DNA of 64,000 bases from Clostridia bacterium (GCA_017451735.1 JAFTNU010000036.1:9456-73455), one strand, 5' to 3'. Positions 46,938-56,762 are shown, counted from the stretch's first letter. Notes: a model not told the origin generated them from the letters alone. Numbers and translations: made by a program.

Positions 46938-47399
46938 TCAGTTCCTTTCTTTTATGACCACAAGCTCCTCTGTTTCGGCGTTATAGCCGATCAGGACGGT
47001 GGCATTGCTGTAATCGTTGAATTGCGGGGTCATCAGCCCCTCCGCGTTAAAAACCGCACGGGTCTCAAGGGTCCTTTCCTCTACCTCCACAATGAAATAG
47101 AGCCGTCTCCCCCAGGTGGTCTGCGGGTGGGTCAGCGTGACCTCGTGAAAGCGATAGCCGTCGGTATTCTTAAAAATGCTGAACAGATTAAAGCCGTACC
47201 AAGCCATAGCGGGCACGCCGACCAAGGCCGAGGCGGCGGGCACCAGCTAGAAGGAGGGAGAGTCCGTTGCAATGACGCACACCGCGCCAAGAAGGGTGAA
47301 GAAGGCGACCATCACACTCATGACAAGCATATGACTCTTATAAAACTTCACATCGGCGGAACGCCGAAGCAAGGCTTTTGTATTTGCGGTCTCCTGCAT
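46938..47399 (-). pseudogene. small two-TM membrane protein, reading frame interrupted by one in-frame TAG (47249-47247)
   Basis: ATG 47399 has SD GGGGAGGGGG and its own -10. The frame reads MQETANTKALLRRSADVKFYKSHMLVMSVMVAFFTLLGAVCVIATDSPSF*LVPAASALVGVPAMAWYGFNLFSIF... and continues in the same frame to TGA 46938. Confidence 0.6.
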
Positions 47400-47504
47400 T
47401 CGAGTCCCCCTCCCCGTTTCCATATAGTTTGATTTTATTAGTATAACATATTTTTACGGGAATTTCCACTTAAAAGTGTAAACTTATTGCATCTTTTGCA
47501 AAAG

Positions 47505-47534
47505 CACAGCCGTCCGCGCAAACGGACGGCTGTG
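47505..47534 (-). terminator. rho-independent terminator after the TIR-LRR gene
   Basis: 12-bp stem CACAGCCGTCCG / CGGACGGCTGTG. It is followed on the minus strand by CTTTT. Confidence 0.75.
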
Positions 47535-47542
47535 TGGCAGTA

Positions 47543-50500
47543 TTACGAGTAGAAGATCTCATAATCTCCGGTATTGCGATCCCAATCGGCGCCAAAGGAT
47601 ATCTGCCCCCATTGAGATTGACTGCCGCCGTAACGGATAACGGTCAGATCGCTACAGTCTGCAAAGGCCGATGCGCCGATCTGCCCCACGCTCACGGCTA
47701 TGTCCACTTCGGCAAGGCTCGGGCAATTGCCAAAGGCGCCCTCCCCCACCATCCGCACTGTTGCGGGAACATTGACATACTGCAACCGGTCACAGCCGTA
47801 AAATGCGTCATTTCCCACCGATGTAAAGCCATACGGAATATCCGCAGAGGTCAGGCTGTCGCAGTCGGCGAAGGCATAGCTGCCCATCAGCGCACCGTCT
47901 GTGATCGAGAAGGAGCCCGACTCCAAGGCCTTACAATTCTGGAAGGCGCAATCGTTGATGGCGGAAATTGCTTTATCAAAGGAGATCTCACGGATCAGGT
48001 CGCAATTGCGGAAGGCGTAGGCAGGAACGGCGGTCTGGCGTGTCACCTTTACCCGACGGAGGCTTGCGGGGACAGCATAGCCATAGTAAAAATTTCCGTC
48101 GGCATCGTCAGGTGACTGTGCCGTCAGCCCCACGGAGCCGCTTGTGGCAGATTCGCCGGAGATCAGCTGCTGACCGTCCCCGAAAATGTATCCCAGGGTG
48201 GTGTCCTTTTGCTCTGTCACCGTCAGGCCCGCGCCCACAAAGGGCAACGTGATCTCGGCAAGAGAGGTGCATCCGCTAAAGGCGCCGTAGCCCATGGAGG
48301 TCACGCTCTCGGGCACGGTAACAACGGTCAATCCGGAGCAATTTGCAAACGCCCCCGCCTCCACGGTCTTTACACTGTCGGCAATCTCCAAATCGGTCAG
48401 ACCCGTACAACCAAGGAAAGCGTCTCCGCCAATGGTTTCCACACCGTAAGGAACGGAAAAGGAGACAAACGCAGTGCAATTTGCAAACGCACTGCCTCGG
48501 ATGACGGCAAAGTCGGCAGCTTCAAAATAGCAGCCGGACAGATTACTGCACCCGGAAAAGGCATGCATGCCCACCGAGGAGACCTTTTGTGCCACGCCGA
48601 TCTCACGGATCATATCGCAGTTGTGGAAGGCATAGTCGGGCAGGACGGTCTGTCGGGTAATGCCTACGCGTCGAAGGCTCCGGGGGATCGCATAGCAATA
48701 ATAGCTGAGCAGGCTCCCCTCTCCGAATGCCGGGGCCTGCGTGGTATAGCCCTTGTCGCCGCTTGTCGCAGCCTCACCCACTGCCGTTGTGTGCGTACCG
48801 TCCGTGCCGAAAATATAGCCGAGGGTGGTCGTATTCAGCTCGGTCGCGGTCATGCTTCTGCCCACAAAGGGCAGGATCAACTCGGTCAGTGAAGTGCACC
48901 CACCAAAGGCCCCCTCTCCGATCTCGGTCACCGAATCGGGAACCTCCACCGTGGTCAGCGCTTTTTGATCCCGAAATGCCCCCGCCGCAATGGCCACCAC
49001 GGCCTTATCGTCAATATTGTCGGGCAGGGTCAGGGTGGTTTCACTGCCCCGATAATCGGTGATCATCACGCCGCCGTCGACAGTCTTATATCCGATGTTC
49101 TCATAGTAAAGCACCTCTCCGTCGGCCGAAATGCTCGGCTCGTCGACACCCTTATCGATGGATTGTATCACACCGATGATCACGCCGACCGTCACAACGA
49201 TTGCCACCAGGGCAAGGATACCCACGCCGATCAGCTTGTTGGAAAAGGCGGATTTCTGCAGTGCCCGCTCGGGAGCGGGCGCGGAACGGTAGCGATCCCC
49301 GACGGGCGCTTGCCGAACAGAAGGCACGCGGCCGGCCGTGACCCGGAAGAAGGTCCGGAACCGCTCCGAATCCTCGACCCAGAATTCCACCCGGTAACGG
49401 CCTGCGGGGATCACGGTACCGTCCCCGCCCCTCAGGATCCATCCCCGCGAAATACGGCTATAATCAGGAGCCCAGTCAAACTGCGATTCATCCTCGAAAA
49501 TTTTTACATTGCGCTCGTCATAAATGGCAAAGCCGCATGTGATCCGATTCTTGTTGACGGTCCCCTTCAGATCGGCATGAAAATACACCACGCTGAACCG
49601 ATCGCGATCGATGTCGGTGGAATACTCCCCCTTGGGCCAGCAATGATTGGCATCGTTGGAGCCGATGGTCCGCACGCTCCCGATGGTGACCGATCGCCCA
49701 CGGATTTGCTCCCGATTTTCGTTTTTTCCCTGAACGGGTGGCTTTTTTTCTGTCCTTGGGGGCTTATCATCCTGCATGATCTTGTCGATACCGCGCAACA
49801 GATCCTGCATGGCACCGACCTTACCCATATCCTGATACTGCAATGCCCTGAATTCGTCGGGCCAGTCCCGCAGGCTCATATCCTTAAAGCAAGGAACGAT
49901 CGTCTTTTTCTCGCCCCGTTCGATCATTTCAAGGAAACGGCTCCATTCATTCCGCACCCACACCGCATTGATATACTCAGTCCTGGTGCCCACCACCAGC
50001 ATCAGCCTTGCGCTGTTGAGCGCCGAAAAAATGTAGGGCTCGTAGGCGGAGCCGATCTTATCCTCCAGCGTGATGCGAGAGAAAAACACCTTGTATCCCC
50101 GTGCCATCAGCTCATGATAGATCTGTTCGGCGATCACGCTGTCCACCGTGCGCTCGTCGTTCTCATCGCTATCCTTATAGGAGATGAAGATGTCGAAGCG
50201 GCTCTCCTTGGCCGAAATGGCCAATATGTTTTTCTGGATCGCATCGATACGCTCCGCCTCGGTGCGGTACAGCTCCCTTGCCCCACCCTCGGCATGCTCG
50301 AGGGCGCAGAGGTAATCACGATCCTGCAGGATCGATTTGAAATGCGTCCTGTGACAGGTGGGGATCCGCAGGCCGCTTTTGGGGTCCTCCACGTACTCGA
50401 TGCCATATCGACAAAGGCAGAGGCTCCAATAGGCCTCGGCATCGGTGGTGTCCTCGGCCAGAATACCCTCATACAGCGCCATTGCCTTGTCAAACTCATT

Positions 50501-50659
50501 GTTACGGCGGTACTCGTTGGCACGCTTGTAAAGCCCGGCACGCCGCTCGTCGGGCAATTTGGGCAAGGTCTGTTGCATGCGGCAGTATTTGCACGTAGCT
50601 ACACTGCTTTTTTCTGCGATGATCAGATCACCGCCGCACATCTTACAGTTGAAAATCAC
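47543..50659 (-). CDS. zinc-ribbon / TIR-domain / single-TM / BspA-type leucine-rich-repeat protein
   Basis: CxxC..CxxC (C5, C8, C23, C26). TIR-like FDIFISYKDSD...GYKVFF...AVWVRNEWSRF. TM LIGVGILALVAIVVTVGVIIGVI (aa ~475-498). About 500 aa of AF..C..L..V.IP.SV..IG..AF repeats. GTG start. Confidence 0.8.
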   Translation of the reverse strand: MIFNCKMCGGDLIIAEKSSVATCKYCRMQQTLPKLPDERRAGLYKRANEYRRNNEFDKAMALYEGILAEDTTDAEAYWSLCLCRYGIEYVEDPKSGLRIPTCHRTHFKSILQDRDYLCALEHAEGGARELYRTEAERIDAIQKNILAISAKESRFDIFISYKDSDENDERTVDSVIAEQIYHELMARGYKVFFSRITLEDKIGSAYEPYIFSALNSARLMLVVGTRTEYINAVWVRNEWSRFLEMIERGEKKTIVPCFKDMSLRDWPDEFRALQYQDMGKVGAMQDLLRGIDKIMQDDKPPRTEKKPPVQGKNENREQIRGRSVTIGSVRTIGSNDANHCWPKGEYSTDIDRDRFSVVYFHADLKGTVNKNRITCGFAIYDERNVKIFEDESQFDWAPDYSRISRGWILRGGDGTVIPAGRYRVEFWVEDSERFRTFFRVTAGRVPSVRQAPVGDRYRSAPAPERALQKSAFSNKLIGVGILALVAIVVTVGVIIGVIQSIDKGVDEPSISADGEVLYYENIGYKTVDGGVMITDYRGSETTLTLPDNIDDKAVVAIAAGAFRDQKALTTVEVPDSVTEIGEGAFGGCTSLTELILPFVGRSMTATELNTTTLGYIFGTDGTHTTAVGEAATSGDKGYTTQAPAFGEGSLLSYYCYAIPRSLRRVGITRQTVLPDYAFHNCDMIREIGVAQKVSSVGMHAFSGCSNLSGCYFEAADFAVIRGSAFANCTAFVSFSVPYGVETIGGDAFLGCTGLTDLEIADSVKTVEAGAFANCSGLTVVTVPESVTSMGYGAFSGCTSLAEITLPFVGAGLTVTEQKDTTLGYIFGDGQQLISGESATSGSVGLTAQSPDDADGNFYYGYAVPASLRRVKVTRQTAVPAYAFRNCDLIREISFDKAISAINDCAFQNCKALESGSFSITDGALMGSYAFADCDSLTSADIPYGFTSVGNDAFYGCDRLQYVNVPATVRMVGEGAFGNCPSLAEVDIAVSVGQIGASAFADCSDLTVIRYGGSQSQWGQISFGADWDRNTGDYEIFYS

Positions 50660-50700
50660 GTTCTTTTTCCTTTCTTTTTGTCATTAACTTCAATGCTTGC

Positions 50701-52017
50701 TCATGATTGGTGCAATCCCCGCACCAGATGGCAAAAGGTATCGCCACGGTGCTCAAAATCACGGAATTGGTCAAAGGCGGTGCATCCCGGAGAAAGGAGC
50801 ACCGTGTCCCCGGGAGCCGCCGCCGCTGCGGCGGCGGCAAAGGCATCGGAAAACAGCGAAAAACGGCAAACGGGTACGCGTTTTTTGATCGCTCGCTCGA
50901 TCTCGGCGGCGGCCTCGCCGTAAAGGTAAACCGCACGGGCGTGGGCCGCAAGGGCGTCACCCAGGGGCAGGAAGGAGACCCCCTTTCCTCTGCCGCCCGC
51001 GATCACCACAGGTGTGCCGCCAAGGGCTTGGAGCGCCGCGGCGGTGCGGGTAGGCGATGTATCGATAGAGCTGTTATAATAGGCAACACCCGCCACAGTA
51101 TCCACATACTGCAGGCGGTGCGCCACGCCGCGAAAATCCTTCAGGACCCTTTCCGGGGTCCCGGCAGGCACAAGCCCCCGCACGGCGGCATAGGCCGCGG
51201 CAAGATTCTCACGGTTATGCCGCCCCGGCAAGCAAAATGTATCGGGAACGGAAAAACGGGCTTCGCTCTCCCCCTCCCTTAGCACGATCTCCCCCGCATC
51301 CGTCCCGAACCAAGTCACGGGAGGAAGGGCATGGGCCCCGATATCGCGGGTGGCGGCACAGCTGCCGTTCAGGATCAGACGCCGCGCACCACCCGTGAAA
51401 ATACGGCATTTTGCGGCGGCGTATTCGGTCATATCGGCGTGCCAGTTGAGATGAGTGGGGGTGATATTGGTGATCACGGCGATCTCGGGGGAATGCGCCA
51501 GCGTCATGAGCTGAAAGCTGGAGAGCTCTGCCACGGCAAAATCCGTGGGACGCATCTCATCCACGGACGGAAGCAACGGCGTACCGTTATTGCCGCCCAG
51601 ATAGACGGTATGCCCCGCGCCGCGCAACAGAGCGGCAATGAGATTGGCGGTGGTGGTCTTTCCGTCACTGCCCGTGACCCCGATGATCCGGGCGGGGCAG
51701 TGGGAGAAAAAGAGCTCGGTCTCACCGGTCAGGGTGGCTCCTGCCGCCAACGATGCCCGCAGGGCAAAAATATCGGGGCGGATACCGGGGGAGCGAACCA
51801 GCAGGCTCTCTTCAAAACGGGGCGGAAAGGCACCGAAGCGAAAGTCGGCCCCTCGCGCACGAAAGCTTTCCACTTCCCTTTCATCGGCGGCCTTCTCGGC
51901 ATAAACCGTGACCCTTGCCCCGTGACGAAGCAAAAATTCGGCGGCGGCACGGCCGGCGCGGCCGAACCCCAGAACAGCGACCGATCTACCCTGATACGAT
52001 ATTGTCAAGCGGATCAC
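50701..52017 (-). CDS. murD: UDP-N-acetylmuramoylalanine--D-glutamate ligase
   Basis: VLGFGRAGRAAA, GVTGSDGKTTT and Mur ligase C-terminal pattern. Confidence 0.9.
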   Translation of the reverse strand: MIRLTISYQGRSVAVLGFGRAGRAAAEFLLRHGARVTVYAEKAADEREVESFRARGADFRFGAFPPRFEESLLVRSPGIRPDIFALRASLAAGATLTGETELFFSHCPARIIGVTGSDGKTTTANLIAALLRGAGHTVYLGGNNGTPLLPSVDEMRPTDFAVAELSSFQLMTLAHSPEIAVITNITPTHLNWHADMTEYAAAKCRIFTGGARRLILNGSCAATRDIGAHALPPVTWFGTDAGEIVLREGESEARFSVPDTFCLPGRHNRENLAAAYAAVRGLVPAGTPERVLKDFRGVAHRLQYVDTVAGVAYYNSSIDTSPTRTAAALQALGGTPVVIAGGRGKGVSFLPLGDALAAHARAVYLYGEAAAEIERAIKKRVPVCRFSLFSDAFAAAAAAAAPGDTVLLSPGCTAFDQFRDFEHRGDTFCHLVRGLHQS

Positions 52018-52122
52018 CTCATATAAATAAGATTATCCATAGTATATTATACCAATTCGGGGCACCGAGTGCAAGCATTATGACGATTTTTTTGGCTTTT
52101 GCGAAAAAAATCCGCGGCGGAC

Positions 52123-52151
52123 TTTACAAAATCCACAAGATATGGTATAAT
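52123..52151 (+). promoter_or_regulatory. sigma-A type promoter with extended -10
   Basis: TTTACA (52123-52128), 17 nt, TGgTATAAT (52143-52151). Confidence 0.65.
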
Positions 52152-52196
52152 AGAGTGATAAAATGACACAAAATGGACGATAAACAGGAGATTAAG

Positions 52197-54200
52197 ATGG
52201 CTACCAAAAAAACATCAAAATCTTATGGCAACGCCAGCATCACCGCCCTGAAGGGCGCCGACCGTGTGCGCAAGCGCCCCGGCGTGATCTTCGGCTCGGA
52301 CGGTCTGGAGGGTTGCGAGCACTCCTTTTTCGAGATCCTTTCCAACGCAGTGGACGAGGCGCGTGAGGGACACGGCAATGTGATCACCGTAACCGCTTAC
52401 CGCGACCTTTCCATCGAGGTGGACGACCGCGGCCGCGGCGTTCCTCTGGGATACAACGAAAAGGAAAAGCGCTGGAACTGGGATCTCATTTATTGTGAGC
52501 TCTATGCCGGCGGTAAATATGATAATAATAAGGGCGGCGGCGCCTATGAGTACTCCCTGGGCCTGAACGGTCTGGGTGCCTGCGCCACGCAGTATTCTTC
52601 GGAATTCATGAACGTCTTCTCCTTTGACGGCGAGCAGGTGCATACCATCTCCTTTGCCAAGGGCGAACCCAAAACACAGCTGAAATCCACTCCCCTGGAT
52701 AAAAAAGAGCGCCGTACGGGAACGGTCATCCACTGGCGCCCCGACATCGAGGTCTTTACCGATATCCGCATCCCCCACGACTTCTTTCGCGAGACCCTCC
52801 ACCGCCAGGCGGTGGTGAACCCCGGCATCACCTTTGTGCTCCGTCTGGAGGATGAGGCGGGCAATTTTGAGGAAGAGCAGTTTGTTTACCCCAACGGTAT
52901 TTCCGATTACATTGTGGAACTGGCCAAGGGCTCTTCCATGACCGACCCCGTGCTCTGGCATCTGGAGACCGTGGGCCGCGACCGCGCCGACAAGGACGAC
53001 TACAAGCTGAAGGCAGATATCTCCTTCTGCGTCTCCAACACCGAGCCGCGGATCGAGTACTACCACAACTCCAGCTTTCTGGAGCACGGCGGCTCACCCG
53101 ACAAGGCGGTCAGATCGGCATTCGTTTACGCCATTGACAACTATCTGAGCAGCAACGGCAAGTATACCAAAAGCGAAAAGAAGATCACCTTTGCCGATGT
53201 AGAGGACTGCCTCCTGCTGGTGATCAACAGCTTCTCTACCCTGACCTCTTACGAAAACCAGACTAAAAAGTCGATCACCAACACCTTTATCTACGACGCA
53301 CTGAATAAATTCCTGCGTGAGAACCTCTCGATCTATTTTACCGAGAATCCCCTGGAGGCCGAGCGCTTTGCCAACCAGGTTCTGATCAACAAGCGCAGTC
53401 GTGAAAACGCCGAAACCACCCGTCTCAATCTGAAAAAGAAGCTGACCGGCACCATCGACATTGCCAATCGGGTGGAGAAATTCGTGAACTGCCGCTCCAA
53501 GGACCCCGATGTGCGCGAGCTCTACATCGTGGAGGGCGATTCCGCGCTTTCCTCGTGTAAATTGGGACGCGCCGCCGAGTTTCAGGCCATCATCCCCGTC
53601 CGCGGTAAAACGCTGAACTGCGTCAAGGCCTCTTACGAGCGCATTTTCAAAAACGACATCATCACCGATCTGCTCCGTGTCATCGGATGCGGCGTGGAGA
53701 TCCAGGGCAACGCCAAGGTGAAGGGAGATCTGAACAAGTTTGACCTGAATCAGCTCCGCTGGTCCAAGATCATCATCTGTACCGATGCCGACGAGGACGG
53801 CTTCCAGATCCGCACCCTGCTGCTGACCCTGTTCTACCGTCTGCTCCCCACGCTTCTGCGGGAAAAGAAGGTCTTTATTGCGGAGTCCCCTCTGTTTGAG
53901 ATCACGACCAAGGATGAGATCCTGTTTGCCTACAACGAATTTGAAAAGGCCGAGATTCTTAAAAAATTGGAGGGCAAGAAATATACCCTGCAACGCTCGA
54001 AGGGCCTTGGTGAGAACGAGCCCGACATGATGTGGCAGACCACCATGAATCCCGCAACCAGACGGCTTGTCTCGGTGGAGCCCGCCGACGTGGAGCGCAC
54101 CGAATACATGTTTGATGTACTGATGGGTGACAATCTTGCCGAGCGTAAGGTGTTCATTGCCGAAAACGGCAGTAAATACGTGAAGGATGCGGATATTTGA
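52197..54200 (+). CDS. type IIA DNA topoisomerase subunit B (GyrB/ParE family)
   Basis: GHKL ATPase (RKRPGVIFGS, EILSNAVDEA), Toprim (ELYIVEGDSA; ICTDADEDG) and QRSKGLGE. SD AGGAG precedes ATG 52197. No A subunit is adjacent. Confidence 0.85.
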   Translation: MATKKTSKSYGNASITALKGADRVRKRPGVIFGSDGLEGCEHSFFEILSNAVDEAREGHGNVITVTAYRDLSIEVDDRGRGVPLGYNEKEKRWNWDLIYCELYAGGKYDNNKGGGAYEYSLGLNGLGACATQYSSEFMNVFSFDGEQVHTISFAKGEPKTQLKSTPLDKKERRTGTVIHWRPDIEVFTDIRIPHDFFRETLHRQAVVNPGITFVLRLEDEAGNFEEEQFVYPNGISDYIVELAKGSSMTDPVLWHLETVGRDRADKDDYKLKADISFCVSNTEPRIEYYHNSSFLEHGGSPDKAVRSAFVYAIDNYLSSNGKYTKSEKKITFADVEDCLLLVINSFSTLTSYENQTKKSITNTFIYDALNKFLRENLSIYFTENPLEAERFANQVLINKRSRENAETTRLNLKKKLTGTIDIANRVEKFVNCRSKDPDVRELYIVEGDSALSSCKLGRAAEFQAIIPVRGKTLNCVKASYERIFKNDIITDLLRVIGCGVEIQGNAKVKGDLNKFDLNQLRWSKIIICTDADEDGFQIRTLLLTLFYRLLPTLLREKKVFIAESPLFEITTKDEILFAYNEFEKAEILKKLEGKKYTLQRSKGLGENEPDMMWQTTMNPATRRLVSVEPADVERTEYMFDVLMGDNLAERKVFIAENGSKYVKDADI

Positions 54201-54299
54201 CACAATTCCAATTTAAAAGTCGTTTTTTCCAATTTTTAATCAAAAAATTTTAAAATCAAACGCTGCATTTTTTATAATTCTTGCTTAAGGAGACCAAAT

Positions 54300-55763
54300 A
54301 TGGCACTATCGGACATTGCACCCTTCAGAATGGCGGGAAATCTTTACTTCGTGGGCACCTACAAGGCCTCCTCTCATCTGTTGGTTACCAACGCGGGGCA
54401 TATTCTGATCGACACCGGCTATGAGGATAACCTTGAGACCATTGTGGACTCGGTGACCGAGCTTGGCTTTGACATTAAGGATATCAAGTACATCCTGCAC
54501 TCTCACGGTCATTACGATCACACCGACGCCACGGCAAAGCTGGTGGAGCTGACAGGAGCCAAGACCTTTCTGGCAAAGGAGGATGTCAAGTACATCAAGG
54601 GCTTTACCCCCGATGTATATTACACCGACGGCATGGTGGTGTCCCTTGGCGGGACCGATGTGCGGTGTCTGCACACCCCGGGCCACACCGAGGGGACCTA
54701 TTCCCTCTTCTTTGATGTGGAGGAAAACGGAAAGAAGCTGCGCTGCGGTATGTTCGGCGGTGCCAGTGCCAAGCAGCTCCGTAAGAGCTGGTTAAAAAAA
54801 TGGGACATTCCCTATTCGCTCCGCGCCAGCTTCCTGGACTCTGTCGAAAAGCTGAAAAAGGAGCATGTGGATCTGTTTGTAGGCAACCACTCCTGGCAGA
54901 ATCACACCCGTGAAAACGCAGAGCTTTTGAAGGCGAACCCCACCGTCAATCCTTTTGTGGACGAAAGCGGAGAGATCTGGCAGGCATTTCTGCGGGATTG
55001 CAACAAGAAATTCGCGAGCCACATGTGGGAGGACAGCCGTGAGACCTTTGTGACCTATGCCCACCGCGGCGCCAGCGAATATGCCCCCGAGAACACCATG
55101 CTCTCCTTCTACACGGGTGTTTTTATGGGCGCCAACGGCATTGAGACCGATGTGCGCAAGACCCGTGACGGGGTTTTGGTGCTTCATCACGACGCAACTC
55201 CTGCCCGCATGTGCGGTGAGGAGCACACCCGTCGCATCGACGAAATGACATGGGCAGAGCTGCAGGCGCTGAATGTACAAAAAGGTGAGCTTTCGGACAA
55301 GATCGTGGCATTTGAGGATTTTCTGGCGCATTTTGCCCACAGAGATGATATCACCTTTGCCATCGAGCTGAAACAAGCAGACATCGAGGTAGAGGTGGCC
55401 GCACTTCTGCGCCGCTACAATATGTATAAGAAAACCTTTGTGACCTCCTTCCGTTTGGATTACATCCAAAGGATCAAGGAGATCGCCCCCGAGCTACGTG
55501 TGGGTTGGCTGGTAAAGGAAGTGACCGACGGGACGCTTGATGCGCTCCGTGCCATCGGTGCCGACGAGCTTTGTCCTCCTGCCGCGCTGGTGACGCCCGA
55601 AAGGGTGAGCGAGTGGCACGCCGCCGGATTCAATGTTCGTGCCTGGGGCGTCAATCGCGATAACATGAAAGCCGTTTACGATGCGGGTGCCGACGGCATG
55701 ACCGTCAACTTCCCCGACGAGCTGTTGGCATACATGAAACAGACAGGAGAAGCAAGGCACTGA
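54300..55763 (+). CDS. fusion of an MBL-fold metallo-hydrolase with a glycerophosphodiester phosphodiesterase (GDPD) domain
   Basis: The N-terminal half has HSHGHYDH (HxHxDH). The C-terminal half has YAHRGASEYAPENT, IETDVRKTRDG and a GDPD-like TIM-barrel pattern. Confidence 0.75.
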   Translation: MALSDIAPFRMAGNLYFVGTYKASSHLLVTNAGHILIDTGYEDNLETIVDSVTELGFDIKDIKYILHSHGHYDHTDATAKLVELTGAKTFLAKEDVKYIKGFTPDVYYTDGMVVSLGGTDVRCLHTPGHTEGTYSLFFDVEENGKKLRCGMFGGASAKQLRKSWLKKWDIPYSLRASFLDSVEKLKKEHVDLFVGNHSWQNHTRENAELLKANPTVNPFVDESGEIWQAFLRDCNKKFASHMWEDSRETFVTYAHRGASEYAPENTMLSFYTGVFMGANGIETDVRKTRDGVLVLHHDATPARMCGEEHTRRIDEMTWAELQALNVQKGELSDKIVAFEDFLAHFAHRDDITFAIELKQADIEVEVAALLRRYNMYKKTFVTSFRLDYIQRIKEIAPELRVGWLVKEVTDGTLDALRAIGADELCPPAALVTPERVSEWHAAGFNVRAWGVNRDNMKAVYDAGADGMTVNFPDELLAYMKQTGEARH

Positions 55764-55794
55764 CTCTTCCCTCTCCCGTGAGAAAAGGGCAGAC

Positions 55795-55829
55795 AAAGAG
55801 AGCCGATCCCAATGGGATCGGCTCTCTTT
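55795..55829 (+). terminator. hairpin terminator
   Basis: AAAGAGAGCCGATCCC-AAT-GGGATCGGCTCTCTTT, a 16-bp perfect stem. Confidence 0.7.
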
Positions 55830-55970
55830 GCGTTCGACCGAACATTGCCCGACGAAAAAATACATCCGATCGGCCAAATTTTTGTTGCCTGTGGAGAGGA
55901 TTCATGTTATAATAAAACCAATCGCAAAAGACAATCATGGATGCAATGAACATCGCCGAAAGGAGCTTTT

Positions 55971-56762
55971 ATGAGACTTTTATTTCTCGGAACAGGTGCG
56001 GCCGGTTCCAAAAACAAACCCGAGGCCGAAATTAAGGAGGGGCAACGCCGTTGCTCCTCGATGATGATCGACCACAACATATTGGTGGACGTGGCTATGC
56101 AATCCTTTGACTATGCCACAAAGCTGGGCGAGGACACCGGTGCCATCACCGATATTTTCCTTTCTCACACCCATCGGGACCATTATGTCAAGGAAACATT
56201 GCTGGCCTACGCCGCCGCGGCCGGGCAGAAGATCAATTTCTGGTGTCATGAGGGTGCAGTTGCCGACCTGGGGCTTTCCGATCAGGAGGCCGCTCTCATC
56301 AACATCTGCCCTGTGAAATGCATGCAGAAATGGGAAACGGCAGGCATGACGGTCACCGCTCTCCCCGCCAACCATCTGGCAGGCGGTCCCCGGCAGCAGC
56401 CCTTGCATTACATTTTTGAAAAAGACGGCAAGACTCTCTTTTACGGATGCGACGGCGGCTGGTTCCGCGCAGACACCTGGGAGTATCTGCGTGCCAAGAA
56501 TGTGGTATTCAACGCCATGATCCTGGAGGCCACGGTAGGCGAGCTCCCCGGCAACTTCCGCATCGGTACCCATAACACGGTCCCGATGCTCAGATTGCTG
56601 TTGGAGGCACTGCGGGAGAACGCCATGCTCCCCAGAGACGCTATCCGCATTGCCGATCATCTCGGCGTTCCGCCTTACGACACGGTACAAAAGGATGATT
56701 ACGGTCTGCTGACCGAATTGGGCATGACCGTGGCCTATGACGGGCTTGTAATGGAGATCTGA
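55971..56762 (+). CDS. MBL-fold metallo-hydrolase
   Basis: MRLLFLGTGAAGS...LSHTHRDH pattern. 263 aa. Confidence 0.75.
   Translation: MRLLFLGTGAAGSKNKPEAEIKEGQRRCSSMMIDHNILVDVAMQSFDYATKLGEDTGAITDIFLSHTHRDHYVKETLLAYAAAAGQKINFWCHEGAVADLGLSDQEAALINICPVKCMQKWETAGMTVTALPANHLAGGPRQQPLHYIFEKDGKTLFYGCDGGWFRADTWEYLRAKNVVFNAMILEATVGELPGNFRIGTHNTVPMLRLLLEALRENAMLPRDAIRIADHLGVPPYDTVQKDDYGLLTELGMTVAYDGLVMEI

Noticed and set aside
47543-50659. Thoeris (ThsB-like TIR) defence system.
   Set aside because: No ThsA (SIR2/SLOG or TM-Macro) gene or any other recognised effector is adjacent. The protein is a large membrane-spanning LRR fusion rather than a small stand-alone ThsB.
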